DNA from: Bispira polyomma
Taxonomy: Eukaryota
Direction: 5' to 3'
Assembly: GCA_965649765.1 (NCBI GenBank)
Contig: OZ287753.1
Location: 9,052,001 to 9,116,000 of the forward strand
Length of the DNA: 64,000 nucleotides
The translations under genes and the position numbers were made by a program. This document shows positions 24,293-37,210 of the stretch, one piece after another (position 1 is the stretch's first letter; the number at the start of each line of letters is the position of its first letter). A model generated the notes under the pieces. It ran no database searches. It was not told where the DNA came from and saw nothing but the letters and a program-made list of their open reading frames with translations.

Positions 24293-25991
24293 GTGACAAA
24301 TAAAAAAATTTAATATGTAATAGATATGTATATAACGTGTAATATATCAGAATTAAATATGTCCTGAATTTATGATATAAATAATGTATAGATAATGTAT
24401 AAGTAATAAATATGTAATTGGTATAATACAGTGAAAATGTGAAGTATGGGTACATGTGTTTTCTGTATTGTAAGGCTGCAGTGGATGATAAACTTTATCC
24501 TGTTTTTCCTGTCTATCCAGGAGGCGGGGCCTTTAACATTAGGTTCCAGGATGATTAGCCCCCTCTTGGAGGTAGAGGATGACATCCTAGTGGATTCTCC
24601 ACCTCGACCGAACACAGGCGATAGCACCACCCCAACTTTGCAGCCTGCAAAGTACAGCAAGAAGGTTACCAGTACAGAGAGTATGGAGGATCATAAACTA
24701 ATAAAAATTTTGATGGAGGGCAATGAGGGCCCAAAGAAGGCCTTTGAGAGGATGGACAAGGCTCTGTGTCAGCCATTATCAGTTGAGAAGCCTACAAAGC
24801 AACATGGCTGGGGCCTATATTGATGAATACATCTCTTCCATGGCTTGCAGTCTCTGATGGTTACACCAGGGTCCTCTCAATGTGTTCACACTACTACTAT
24901 CCAGGTGCCCAGATATAAAGTCAGAATGAGAAGACAGTTGGCACAAAACATTGTGGATTTAGATTTATAATTACACAAGCTTCACTGAACTGAAGGTTTG
25001 AGCTCAACTAAAAGGACAATTAGCAAACCAGATGTAATTTTATTAACAGAGGTACATATCACACAAGAGAATGTGTATTCTATGTACAAATCATTTAAAT
25101 ATTTAAAATAAATTGCTGACTTATATAATTTAATACAGAACCAATATTGTATCAACGGAGGTATGAAGAATCAAGGACATGAGCAGTGCTGTGTTTTGTA
25201 TATAAGTGGCTGATATTATCAAATAGGTTATCTTCGAAAAAAGTCTAGCAGGAGGTTAAAAATATCAGACACATTTTTTCTTTGTGTTGGTTTTTTTTAT
25301 GAAAACAGTATATTTTTTGTTGTAATAGCTTCCCATTAGGGGGTACAATTTTTTTTTTTTTTTTGTTGACAGTCTTGCAACTACTATTTACTTATTAATA
25401 AAATAAATAAACCAAAATCATTTACCAGTGGGTTGAAGCCTCACATGAACATGTTTATGGTATTTTACTTTTCTGTGTCAACATCTTTGGAACAGTGGAT
25501 AAGATCACCTGGTTCAGAAACTGCTAAGGACTGGTAAGGTAAACCATAGGGCAGTGTAGGTGTGTACAAACTATACTATAGCTGTAAATATATAGTCCTG
25601 CTTCTAACTGGTCAAAACTTCAAGTAAAATAGTTACTTTGTAGTTATTGTTTGCGTAAAAATAAAATAAAACACCTATAATTGACTATTATGGTGATTTG
25701 GCACACAGGTTACGATTTTCAGCACCAACTAACCTTTTCATGTCTCCCTAAGTACAACCAACCGGCATCGGTCACTGTCATTCTGATAACTAACTGTGGA
25801 CAGATACTTGGGGATGAGCAATTTATACTGGGGAAACTTTTTCCTGGCTATTTCTTGCAAACCAAGAAAGTTCATATTTGGTACGTATGAATATTGCTTA
25901 CAGGGGGTAGATGTGCCAGAGCATGGTCTAATTTTATCTCAAGGCCGAGGGGTTTACGGAATATGTGAAGCTATCTTTCAGAATCTGTCCT

Positions 25992-26240
25992 TGAATTTGA
26001 ATTTGGATATATAACGTCCACTCTAGTACCTTTTAGTAGGTTATATTGGGACGGGTAGTTGGAAACGCTGGAGGAAACACTGCATACAGTCGGTCAAGGT
26101 TCTGCAGAGAAACCAGCAGTAAGGAACTACCACCTTTCCCACATAGGCATCGGCGAGATTCGAAGTGAGAGACGAGTCAGAGGTGAGAGACCAGTGATTG
26201 CGAAGTGCAATGCTTGCTAACCACTAGGCCACTGCGGCCC
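25992..26240 (-). mobile_element. tRNA-derived SINE, full length, 15-bp TSD
   Basis: Minus strand gggccgcagtggcctagtggttag (A box), cttcgaatc (B-box-like), (ttcaaa)n tail; TSD ttcagaatctgtcct at 25977-25991 and 26241-26255; empty site in unit II at ~41455. Confidence 0.9.
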
Positions 26241-26409
26241 TTCAGAATCTGTCCTATAGGTGTCCAAATGATATTACCAAACAGAGGTTTGCTCTCCCAA
26301 CATGTAATCGAATCTGTCTTTACCAAATTTTACATTGAACCTAATGGCTTAAGTATATTACCTTTAGCTTAGCCATTTAAAACAAGAATATGTAACTTGT
26401 TATAAGTCA

Positions 26410-26550
26410 TAATTACATCCACCAAGGAGGTTAAGTTCACCCATGTCTTGTGGTTGGTTTGTCACTAGGATTACACTAAAACCACTCAACCAATTTACAT
26501 ATAATTTGGTGGATGGATGGAGTATGGGCCAGGGATCAGATCTGGATAGT
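26410..26550 (+). mobile_element. Helitron/Helentron-type non-autonomous repeat remnant (paralogs ~41625, ~60540)
   Basis: attacatccaccaaggaggtt...ggtttgtcactaggattacactaaaaccactcaaccaatttacatataatttggt resembles a widespread DINE/HINE-like pattern; recognition from memory only. Confidence 0.45.
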
Positions 26551-27367
26551 AGAAGAACTAAAAAGATGATTTTCACTTATTGACACTGTGGTGCGTTTTA
26601 TACCAGTCTTTTACTTAAGTGGTAGGTTTCTTGATTAATATGTCATTGTATTAAACCTCATGGCAGTATAGATTACTGGTAATCAGGCCAATACAACATC
26701 TTCACTCAATGTATTTTGTGACAAATCTCTGAATGACTTTTAATTTTCGGTAGGCATATGCCCATGATATAATCATATGATATTTGTTAGTGGATCTATA
26801 ATAAAGGACAAGGATATCAGTAGATAATAAGAAAGGAGATCATTATAAGTTCAAAATGGAATCAAAAGTTCATTTTGTGCATTGAACATTATGTAACGAT
26901 AATATGGAAATATATCAGGGAAAAATTGATCGCAAGGATTTAAAGTCTGGTAGGGTGGTTCAAACACTATGAATGACAGTACATGGACATGAACCCCATT
27001 GGCTTCTTTCCCAATGTTTGCTGCTCATTTATTATAAGTACTTTACTGTCAATCAATAAGTCATTATGGTTACATTAATACAATTTCTCATTATGTTTGA
27101 TATAGTTCATCATTTGCACTATTGTTCTTCATTTTAACATTTTCATATCACACTGAGAAATTTTTAATCTATACTAAAAACAGTTAATAAACTTATTTAT
27201 TCAATTTTTTAAATAAAAAAACATCACAAAAACAAATAACATATAGTAACATATAGTAGGCAATGTATCAAATTTAAGTGTGTTATATGCCTTATGTACA
27301 ACTCGTGAGCTATCTGCATATTCATGTGTATTAATGGTGGTGTCCAGCTCCAAAAAAGTGGCTTGCT

Positions 27368-30300
27368 TTAATTGTTCCCAGGTTCACCTTTTCGGCCACG
27401 TGCACCACGCCCCCCAGGAAGACCAGGCCGGCCATCTAAACCTAGGAATACAAAAACTAGAAGTAGTTAATTGAGAAAAAAAAAACAAATTGTGTGTGGT
27501 CTATATGGTGGTTAAGATATTAATGCAGCATAATGGGCACTAACCCTCGACAAAGTTATGTGTGTGTAACAAGAATAGATTTACTGAATCACATGCTTTG
27601 TTTGCTATATCACTTTTATGCTATTGACCTTCTGGTGATGAACTAAAGCATCTGTAAGAATGACTTCAGTCAATTTGGTGCGAAAAAATTTTAAATATTG
27701 AGTCAATATTATTTTAACTTTGTCACTTCCTCTCACAAATTGCTGTGATTTGTATTTCAAGCCTCCTTATTTTGTGAAAGATGTAAATCCTGTGACAGCA
27801 GTGATCAGGCTGACGTTTTGTCCAATCTTGGTATTTTGTCAAATATCCTAAACTTCAAAAATAATATCATGATTTTTCTATATAAGAAAGATATTTAAAA
27901 TCTGACATATTTTTATTCCTTGCTGATGTCTCTATTTAATATAATGACAGAATGTCTAAGCCTATTTCGATTAATTCTGTATACCTATATGTATATTATT
28001 TGGCAGCATGTTTAAGCCTATTTCCATCAATTTTGTATACCTATATGTAAGATATTTGACAGCATGTCTAAGCTTATTTGCATTAATTCAGTATACCTAT
28101 ATCTATGTTACTTTGCAGCATGTCTAAGCCTATTTCCATTAATTTAGTATACCTATATGTATGTTATTTGGCAGCATCTCTAAGCCTATTTCTAATAATT
28201 CTGTATACCTATATGTATGGTATTTGGCAGCATGTTTAAGCCTATTTTCATTAATTCAGTATACCTATATCTATATTACTTGGGAGCATGTCTAAGCCTA
28301 TTTTCATTAATTCAGTATACCTATATGTATGGTATTTGGCAGCATGTTTAATTCTAATTCCATTAATTCAGTATACCTATATCTATGTTATTTAGCAGCA
28401 TGGCTACGCCTTTTACCATTATTTAGAAAACCTATATCTATGTTACTTGGCAGCATGTCTAAGCCTATTTCTAGTAATTCTGTATACCTGTATGTATGAT
28501 ATTTGGAAGCATGTCTAAGCCTATTTCCATTAATACAGTATACCTATGTATACTATACCTATCTTATTTGAGTTTAAGCATGAGTTTAAGTTTTAGATCA
28601 TTGATAAATACGACCCATACTAATTTACCATCTTCTCCTCGATCTCCTTTAATACCAATGCCAGTGTCACCTTGATCTCCTTTCATTCCATCACGTCCAT
28701 CCCGTCCTGGTAATCCCATGTCACCTGTAATAAAATTTATAGTGACACCCATAATGATATTGACAAGGAAGTGTTTGATTACAGGGTTGTTGTGATTAAA
28801 AGTCACACATCATTATAGTCTGAAGACTTGTCAATCAGCAGCTTTTATCAATATTAGAAATTAACAATGGATCGATAGCCATAGGCCAGCCTAATTGGTG
28901 ATAGTCTTTGAAAGATGAGTTCTTTAGAGCTCTAATTTTGTTCAGTTTTCTATTTTAACAAAAATGATTGAGTTAAGTTATGCTTTTGATTCTAATAATG
29001 TTTGGGGCTTTATAACTTGTTGGGATCTATGAATGGTATAAGTATTACAACAAAAGTATGTCTGAACTGAAACTTTCTGAATTATTATATTTGACTACTG
29101 TTTATAAATTTAATACAAATGAGTTGTTCAATCAGTGTGTTGGTCACATTGTGTGGTATGAAGATAAACTTATAAAAATGAACAATTCCTCAATTGTTGC
29201 CATACAAAAAGGTCAAATTCCTGTTAAATAGTGAAAACTCATGTTTTATTATTTAAACCATGTTAAATTGTTGTTTCTATCAAATCATAACTCTATGTAT
29301 TTATAATATATAAGTAAGAGGACATTAATAAAGATATAAAGATAATATGTATACAATCATTAGTTTGAACCAATGTATATATTGTGTACCTGCTAATACA
29401 GGCCATTGGTAGATCTTATCCCAGATTTAAGCTGAGAACTATGCTTCTTTCTATTAACTGTTGTTTCAAACGAACATTAATTTGAGAATCCTGATTTTAC
29501 ATTCACCCGAGAAGTTCCACACTTAGAACAACACTGAAAACATTACAGAAACAATTGTCCTGACATTTTGCACAAACAAAGCCATAAATTTGACTAGAAG
29601 TGGTTTTTAAAGGAATGTGACAGCATGGAGCTAGATTGTCTGTAAATTAAAAACACATTCACTCACATGGGTTCTAATTAAATTTTGACATATGTGCATC
29701 TTAAAAAAAATGTCCTTTGTTATCTTTTGCAAAGTTTTTCTCACAGCAATCTTTCATACTTTATCTTCCCATATATTATAACTGCATATTAAAATCCAGG
29801 GCAAGTCATTGGTCATCTTGTCAACCAATTAGATAAGGATATGTTTTTATCATGTGAAACATTAGTCACCTTTAGACCTTAGGGTCCTTAAAGTCACAAC
29901 CTCAAACACATCTGATGAAATATATTAAAATGTCAAAATAATTTCAATAACTTAAAGTATTTACAAATATTCAGATATGCTAAAAATCATACTGTGAGAC
30001 AGGCTTTAATTCTGTAAATCATAACTGGAAACAGACTACAAAACTACATCCAGCAAACACCACCAACTGTCATTCACCTAACTTAAAATAAGCACAATTT
30101 GTCATCTCCAAAGCTATTTGGATTGCCACTGAGGACAGGAACCAATGACTGAGGACCACCATTTTAAAGTTGTAATTTTCTGCCTGTAGTTGGGAGGCCT
30201 AGGTTGTGATTGAACCCGGGTAATATATGTTCTAAGCTGATTGTAAAACCTATAAGGCCGCTATTGACAGAATATGAAGTGACAGAAAAAAAGAAAATTC

Positions 30301-32928
30301 TGACATACCTTTAATACCTGGAAATCCAGGGAATCCATCATCTCCTTTGTCACCCTTCCTGCAGATTCCTGTGGGTTAACAGCATATAAAACAGACAATT
30401 TTTCATCTACAATAAGCTCCATAGTAAAAGTTAATAAACCATGCAAATATCAGTAACAAGAATTTAAGTGAAAATATTTTTATTCTAGGTAAATTTTTCA
30501 CAATGTTGTATTCTCAACCTAAGAAACTCAAACTCAAACTAAGATTTAACTGAAGGATGGCGATGTAAAAGTTCCTGTACATAGATATTACCTGTACCCA
30601 TGACCATTTCTTTTCCTAGAACTGTCAGCACTGAATTCAAATATGTAATAAGATTTCATATATGTATCGTCCTTGTAGCCAAAAAGGAGACCTTAGAATT
30701 AAGCTTGATATTTTGTAAGAATAGGGCTACAGAGTTGTAGTTACATGTATGAGGTTTGGCTGTGTCAGCTCTTAGTGGGATGGGGTAAGTGATATTTGTT
30801 TGTAGTGAGGTTATGTGTATGCCCAGCAACTTTAAGATTTATCACTGTGATAGCAAACCAACTTGCTCTCCTGTTTCCTTTGGATAACGGAAGCTTTAAT
30901 GTATACGTACACACAATAAACAAGTTCTTACCACCTGCTGCAGGCATGTCCAGTTTGTGTTGGTCAATCATTTCCTGGATCTTGTTTAGTCTGTAGTGTA
31001 AAGTGACAGAGGCTCTGTCAAACTGGTTCTCATCCAGGCGTTCAGGATCTGTACCTAGTGTGCTCACAACATCCTATAAAGCATAACCACATGGCATTAT
31101 TGGGCGTCAGTCAATATATCACTTTCCTATTGCAAAATATACAATACCTCTTACCATAAAATTTTTATTATCCAAATACACTATCTGTTTTTTTCAAAGT
31201 ATGCCTATAATAGAGGTTTCTACTTTTCTCCTGTAGTTCCAATTGATCTCAAGGCAGCATCTAACATTTTCAAATTCCAAAGAAGGGACAACAATTCTTT
31301 TTGTAATCTGTGTAAAACTTCTAGGATAGTGAGGTGGATAAGTTAGTGTGTGTCACTATATGTTTTGTTAGATGTAGCTTTAGAAGACTAGAAGAAGAGA
31401 ACCTTATTTCAACTTACATCTAGTTCTGTGAGTTTTGTGGAGAGTTTTGTACACAGTTCACTCAGATGTCTGATGTCTGCACGGATGTAGGAAACCATGG
31501 CTTTCTCTTGGACCTCATCTCTGAAGTGTAGCACAAACATCACATGAGTACAGAAAGGACGAGTTAAAAGTAAAAACATCCAACATCATGTTCAAAACTT
31601 CTGTGGGTAATTCGCTCTGAAAGCGCATCTTGAGAGAACAAGAGAATGCGGGTGTGGTTGGGGCTTAAAGGGGCAAAAACAGGGCTTAAACTGCTCGGAA
31701 CTTGTGTAAACGGCACTTCAACTGCTTAAAACTTGTGTGATCTGGCCAATGCCAGAATGCCCCTTCCCACCACCTTTAAAAAGTAATTTTAGATGACTGA
31801 ACCCTAATATGTCAGAAGGTGCTACACAAAATATAATTTATTACGAAATTACAGTATTTATTTGGAAATTATACAATTTTATTCGTTTGAGTGGGATATA
31901 TACTAATCAACACCATCAATACCATGTTCGTATTTCAATAACCGACTACCAAGTAACAGGACATTCTGTGTTACACTGCCACATCATACAAGTACAGCAT
32001 TATCAGTGAATGCCATTTCAAGGTATAAATTGTCAACAATGTCACTGAGTATCACCTTAACCCCACCACTAAATACAACTTTGACTATTACACTATCACT
32101 AACTAGCATTTTATGTGTGACACTATTATCACACTAAAACTGACCACCACTTTAAGTATAACACTATCACCGACTACCACTTTAAGTATAACTCTAGCAC
32201 TGACAACCATTTTAAGTATAACACTACCACCGACTACCACTTTAAGTATAACACTAGCACTGACAACCACTTTAAGTATAACACTACCACTTACTACCAC
32301 TTTAAGTATAACACTACCATTGACTACCACTTTAAGTATAACAATACCACTGACTACCACTTTAAGTATAACAATACCATTGACTACCACTTTAAGTATA
32401 ACAATACCACTTTAAGTATAACACTAGCACTGACTACCATTTTAAGTAAAACAGTAGCACTGACTACCACTTTAAGTATAACACTAGCACTGACTACCAC
32501 TTTTAGAGTAACACTAGCACTGAGTACCACTTTAAGTATAACAATACCACTGACTACCATTTTAAGTACAACACTAGCACTAACTACCACTTTAAGTATA
32601 ACACTAGCACCGACTACCACATTAAGAGTAACACTACCACTGACTGCCACTTTAAGTATAACTACTTCATATTGCTATAACATTGGTTACCATATTAATT
32701 ATAACACTATTACAGACTATCATGATAACTATCACACCACCGTAAGACTTACCTGGGAGGTGAAGGCACTGGTTGACTTCCAGACACAATTCTGGTCACC
32801 ATTCTTTCAACAGAGGCAAGTCTTTCTTGCATATCCACAGCCACATTACCACTGTCCTGGGTCCATACCCCAGAAATCACTATCCCCAAGCCAAAGGTGG
32901 CTACAAGACAAAGGTACTTTAAAGACAT
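27368..32928 (-). CDS. Collagen-tailed secreted protein gene copy 2, six coding exons, 216 aa
   Basis: GT-AG exons 32928-32753, 31520-31418, 31073-30932, 30368-30309, 28724-28629, 27441-27368 (651 nt; intron phases 2,0,1,1,1). Signal peptide MSLKYLCLVATFGLGIVISGVWTQ; Gly-X-Y run from KGDKGDDGFP to GARGRKGEPGNN*. Confidence 0.9.
27947..28562. repeat. 56-bp minisatellite, ~11 copies, intronic
   Basis: Unit approx. gcagcatgtctaagcctatttccattaattcagtatacctatatgtatgttatttg; only ~2 copies at the paralogous site 43160-43270. Confidence 0.92.
32120..32662. repeat. 30-bp minisatellite, ~18 copies, intronic
   Basis: Unit actgactaccactttaagtataacactacc. Confidence 0.95.
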
Positions 32929-34332
32929 TCTTCTCAAGATACTCTAGGTCTGTACGCTGAAATAATAAGATATGATTTGTCCAGTCTACTTTCTAAGTAA
33001 GATATTTGAAATAGACTTGTACAACTCTTGTAGTTTTGCACACTGAAATTAAGGGATGTGTTTTGTTCGCTCAGCTTGTATCAGCCAAAAAATTTACATA
33101 GACTTGTACACAACTCTTATATTACTTGCTTGCAGGCTTTGTGCACTTATCTCTACAAATATGTACAACAATGAGGACGGCTTTATTATGATAAAATTTT
33201 AATAAATTTGCATAATGAAATAAAAACAAAACAAATCTGGAGAACAATATTATTTTTAAGTCATGGAAATTCTTGGAAACAAGGATGTATATCATTGTTC
33301 AGAAGTAGTTCAACCAAGTTGTAACAAGACACTGAACCTTTTCAATATTTAAATAACACACTGTTTTAGTGTGTAACTGCATAAACTAAAAATCTCTGGC
33401 TGTGCTGAGTGATGAGTCAATGTGCATGTTGCTAGAAGGTCAATCAGTAGACTGCATACCTCAGCTAAAGTGCCACTGTCCCAAACATTAAAAAACAAAA
33501 TCTTGGATCTGGACTTTTACCTGGATTTATCGTTGGCCCAGTGCCTCCTCCATTCCCTACATCAAATGTTATTTCAATTCAGTAATTTAATGTTTTCCAA
33601 ATTGGTAATGTTCTGTCATATCATATTTTACTAAAACTCCACATTCATTGCTCATTCAGTAATTGTCCATTTGTCTACTAAAATTATAGCCCCAATTAAA
33701 TAGATCAAATTTGACGCTGATGACACTGACCTCCCCCCCCAGGAGTTCGCCTAGTAGGTACCTAGACTTACTAAAAGTAGATTTTAGATGTTGGTTACAA
33801 ACAAATGAGTATTTAGAAGTGCTTTTCTAATTTTCCGTGTTAATATTCTAGGCAACTGCATATCACCCAGTGATTAATTTAGGTGTCTAAGATGGCGGTC
33901 TTCTTAAGTGCAACAGCAGAATCATTGATCCAATCGTAAAATCCATGGGTATAGCAAAGTCATAAGGAAGGGATTGGGAGGGTTTACTCCCTGGCAAAAG
34001 TACAGAGCATTGATCTACGAAACATAGATAGCCTTACTATAATACTAACAATAGTCGTTGATTATCTGGAGTGGCCAGTTGTCTATACTTATGGAGCATT
34101 GATTTGTTGACATGATAAGCCACACAATGGAGTGGCTTCGGTTTCACAGATTGATGTCCAGCTAATTAGATTCTCCGCAGTAGAATTGATTGTTGACACA
34201 CTAATGTATAAGGTGTGGTGATATATCCAGAGACAATCGTTGTTGAACGCTGCTCTCTAAAGGCGACATAAGCTACAATTTTAAATACAAATTACGAAAA
34301 CTAAGCTTCAAAACTCCAGTTACAAAGTCATC

Positions 34333-34428
34333 ATGGCATCTAATCAACGATTTTATTGATTTTTTAAATTTGGGGACTGCAACAAACTGTGGGAAAGTGC
34401 ACAAGTGTACCAGAAAGGAACAGAGGGT
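34333..34428 (+). pseudogene. ZAR1-like zinc-binding gene pseudogene (exon 1 only)
   Basis: Paralog of 51185-51280 with GGA>TGA at 34357-34359 and TGT>TTT at the first Cys; exon 2 removed by a deletion at ~34840. Confidence 0.88.
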
Positions 34429-34574
34429 GTAAGTTATTATTTCAAGATTATTATATGTTATATTAAAAATATTTCTCCTATGAAGGATAGGTTCATCAGG
34501 CTCCCAGACGTCCTGAGAACTATCTATAATGTTCACATACATTTAATTACTTCATATAACATATTAAAACATGT

Positions 34575-34840
34575 TCAAGATGGTATTAGTAAAGTGAATG
34601 TAACAAGGCCCCAGAGAGTCCAAAATGCTACCTGCCATATTGTCACACCATGCCATACAAACTCTACTGGCTACCTATCAAAGAGCATATTCTTCTTAAA
34701 TACAACCTGCACATGTTCAAACCTATCAAACTCAACCAACCTCTGCATTTGTCCTCGCTCATTAAGTCTGGCAGCCTTACTATCGGAAACCATCTCTCCA
34801 TTTCCTTAACCGGATCAAATAGAAAAATCGGCAGGTGCTG
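34575..34840 (+). mobile_element. L2-like LINE 3' fragment (paralog 51435-51790)
   Basis: RVQNA..R, L.WLPIKE.I..K motifs. Confidence 0.7.
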
Positions 34841-35356
34841 CTTAATACCGAAATGTCTGTTATATTTCATTACATTTCTGCTGTCCAAATAAACTAAACA
34901 TATACATGTATAAAGTGTTCTATGGGGGCTAAGTATAACTTGTTAAATTGTATTTTGAGTACACTTATTGTTAAAGTCAAAATGATATAGTCTAGTTTTT
35001 ATTAAATGTGTACCAATTAGTTCATAAGATAAGATTATTTGAAATGTGTAAACACTTGAACATTGAATTCATCAAGCAGTTTATTTAAAACATGGTTTAG
35101 ACATTGACACTAAATGTTAGCCACACACAAGTTAGTACTACCAAAACATTATTAGATTTAACTTAAACCTCATGTTATGGCTAAGGCAATGTTTAATATA
35201 GTTGGTAAACTGAACTTAGGATACCATAAACTGGAGCTACCTGACGCTATACCTAATTTTGTACTCAATTAATTATCCCTAGATTACACATACTAAGTGG
35301 ATGCATTTATTATCCCTGTACTGAGTTGCATGTTAAATGTTTAAATAACGTGTAAA

Positions 35357-35519
35357 TTTGAATTTAAATTGGGATATTTAACGTCCACCCTAGTACCTGT
35401 TTAGGTTATATTGGGACGGGTAGTTGGAAATTCTGGAGGAAACACTGCATACAGTTGATCAAGGTTCTGCACTGAAACCAGCGGCCCACAGTAAGGAACT
35501 ACCACCTTTCCCACATAGG
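35357..35519 (-). mobile_element. 5'-truncated copy of the 25992-26240 SINE family (paralog ~54628-54792)
   Basis: Near-identical to the SINE 3' half; flanked by aataacgtgtaaa / aataatgtgtaaa direct repeats. Confidence 0.82.
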
Positions 35520-35727
35520 AAATAATGTGTAAAGAAATGAAATATAGTGCCATCATGTGACACTAATGTACAATCATTTTTAGACGAGTGTTATTTCAAA
35601 AGATACTGTTGGAAATATTTAAAAACCTGCTTTCGGGGAGGGAAGGATGCGACACCACAAAGCGCGACACCACAAAGCAGGCCCATCAAGAAAAAATTCC
35701 AGTGTGAATGTGTGTTTAAGCTTATAT

Positions 35728-35932
35728 CCTGTTCACACTACGCCGGTATGGTAAGGTGGTAAGAGACATTTTAAAAATTGGCTGTTTGAGTTCTTTTCCG
35801 ACTAAAAAATGACCTGAGCAAGTTTCAAGAGGTTTCTTTCGGCCAAGATGGAACAGCCAATTTAATAGGTAGAAAGATTAGCAACAGTATCTTCTGGTAG
35901 CGCCTACCATACCGTCAATGTGTGAATGGGCC
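35728..35932. mobile_element. PIF/Harbinger-like MITE (paralog ~55001-55205)
   Basis: Imperfect TIRs cctgttcacac...cggtatggta and taccataccg...gtgtgaatgggcc. Confidence 0.6.
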
Positions 35933-36339
35933 TTTATATAGAGAGAAATTTGTAGGGGAAAGCTGTAGACAGTTCTCTAATAGCTTGCTGAGGAGTGAAT
36001 ACAGACGGTTCAAGCTCAGTGTGTTCAATATAAAAATATTGAACGTGTGCAAACCTAGTCCCTAGGCTTATGTATTGACACTAATTGCTAGTTCCCACCC
36101 ATATATTTGCATATTGAATTGAAAACCTGCAATATTTTGATATAAACTGTCAAAATTGACCAACACTTAAGATACCGGTATGATTCGTCAGAAGGCTATT
36201 TTCATATTATGGTCATTGTACGTTTTTAGTAAAGTGGTATTTCTTGTTTCATAAACATTGATGAAATAATGCATGTTTATCATAATACTAAACCTCTTCA
36301 CTAATAGGGAAGTAACATAATATTAACAATATATCATAT

Positions 36340-37210
36340 ATCAGACTTTTTTAGCGCTTATTTTCGTTGTGAAGAACTCTAAGGAGCAAAAAACCACAGC
36401 CAGAGCCAAAAATCAATGGTGATAGACAGAAGGAAATCGTCATTAATGAGTTCACCGAGAACAGGAAAGAGACTATGGAGGGAATCCATCATTGAACAGA
36501 TAGGTTTTAAACTGTACTGGAAGAAATACAGGGACAGAGCTATCATGATATGTTGAGGTAAACTATTCCATAGTGTAGGAGCATCATTTGAAACTTTTAT
36601 CAAAGTAAACCTTTGACCGGTGCACTTTGGACTTATATTTTGCAACAAGGAGACATCTATTTTGGGAGCAGCTCACCTGGTATTAACATTATACTTGTAG
36701 TAACACAAGTGTAGTTTAAAGTATTTAGGCGAACCCAAATCGAGAAACATGCTATTGTAGCAGTTTTAAAAAAACACCGATACCTAACAGGAAGCCAGTG
36801 GGGTGACTTTAGAATCGGTGAAGCATGTGAAAGCCGAGCTGAACAACTGACCAGACGTACCAATGAGTTCTGGATGCATTGCAAGTTGTTTAGGTCATTT
36901 TTGGTCAAACTACGACACAGTAAATTGCAGTAGTCCAGTCTGTTACCAACCAGAGCAGTTATTGCAACCGATTTTGGAAGGTATCTTCTTATTCTCCAAA
37001 GGTCTCTAAGACCCATGAAGCATGACTTACACACTGATTGGATATGACTGGAAAAGGAAAAAATCACTATCAAACACAACTCCCAGGTTCCTCACTTTAT
37101 CAGTTGGGGATAACAGTGTCACAAGAATGTTTACTGAAAAATAATTTGCTCGAGTCAAACAATTGAATTCGGTTTTATTAGGATTCAGCCGAAGGTTGCT
37201 ACAACACAAA
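36340..37210 (-). mobile_element. L2-clade LINE 3' fragment (paralog ~55615-56462)
   Basis: LRLNPNKTE, VRNLGVVFDS, RIRRYL, RLDYCN, LQCIQN, HWLPVRYR, APTLWNSLP. Confidence 0.88.

Noticed and set aside
27947-28562. Regularly spaced repeats as a possible CRISPR array
   Set aside because: Contiguous tandem units without unique spacers, eukaryotic intron context, no cas genes.
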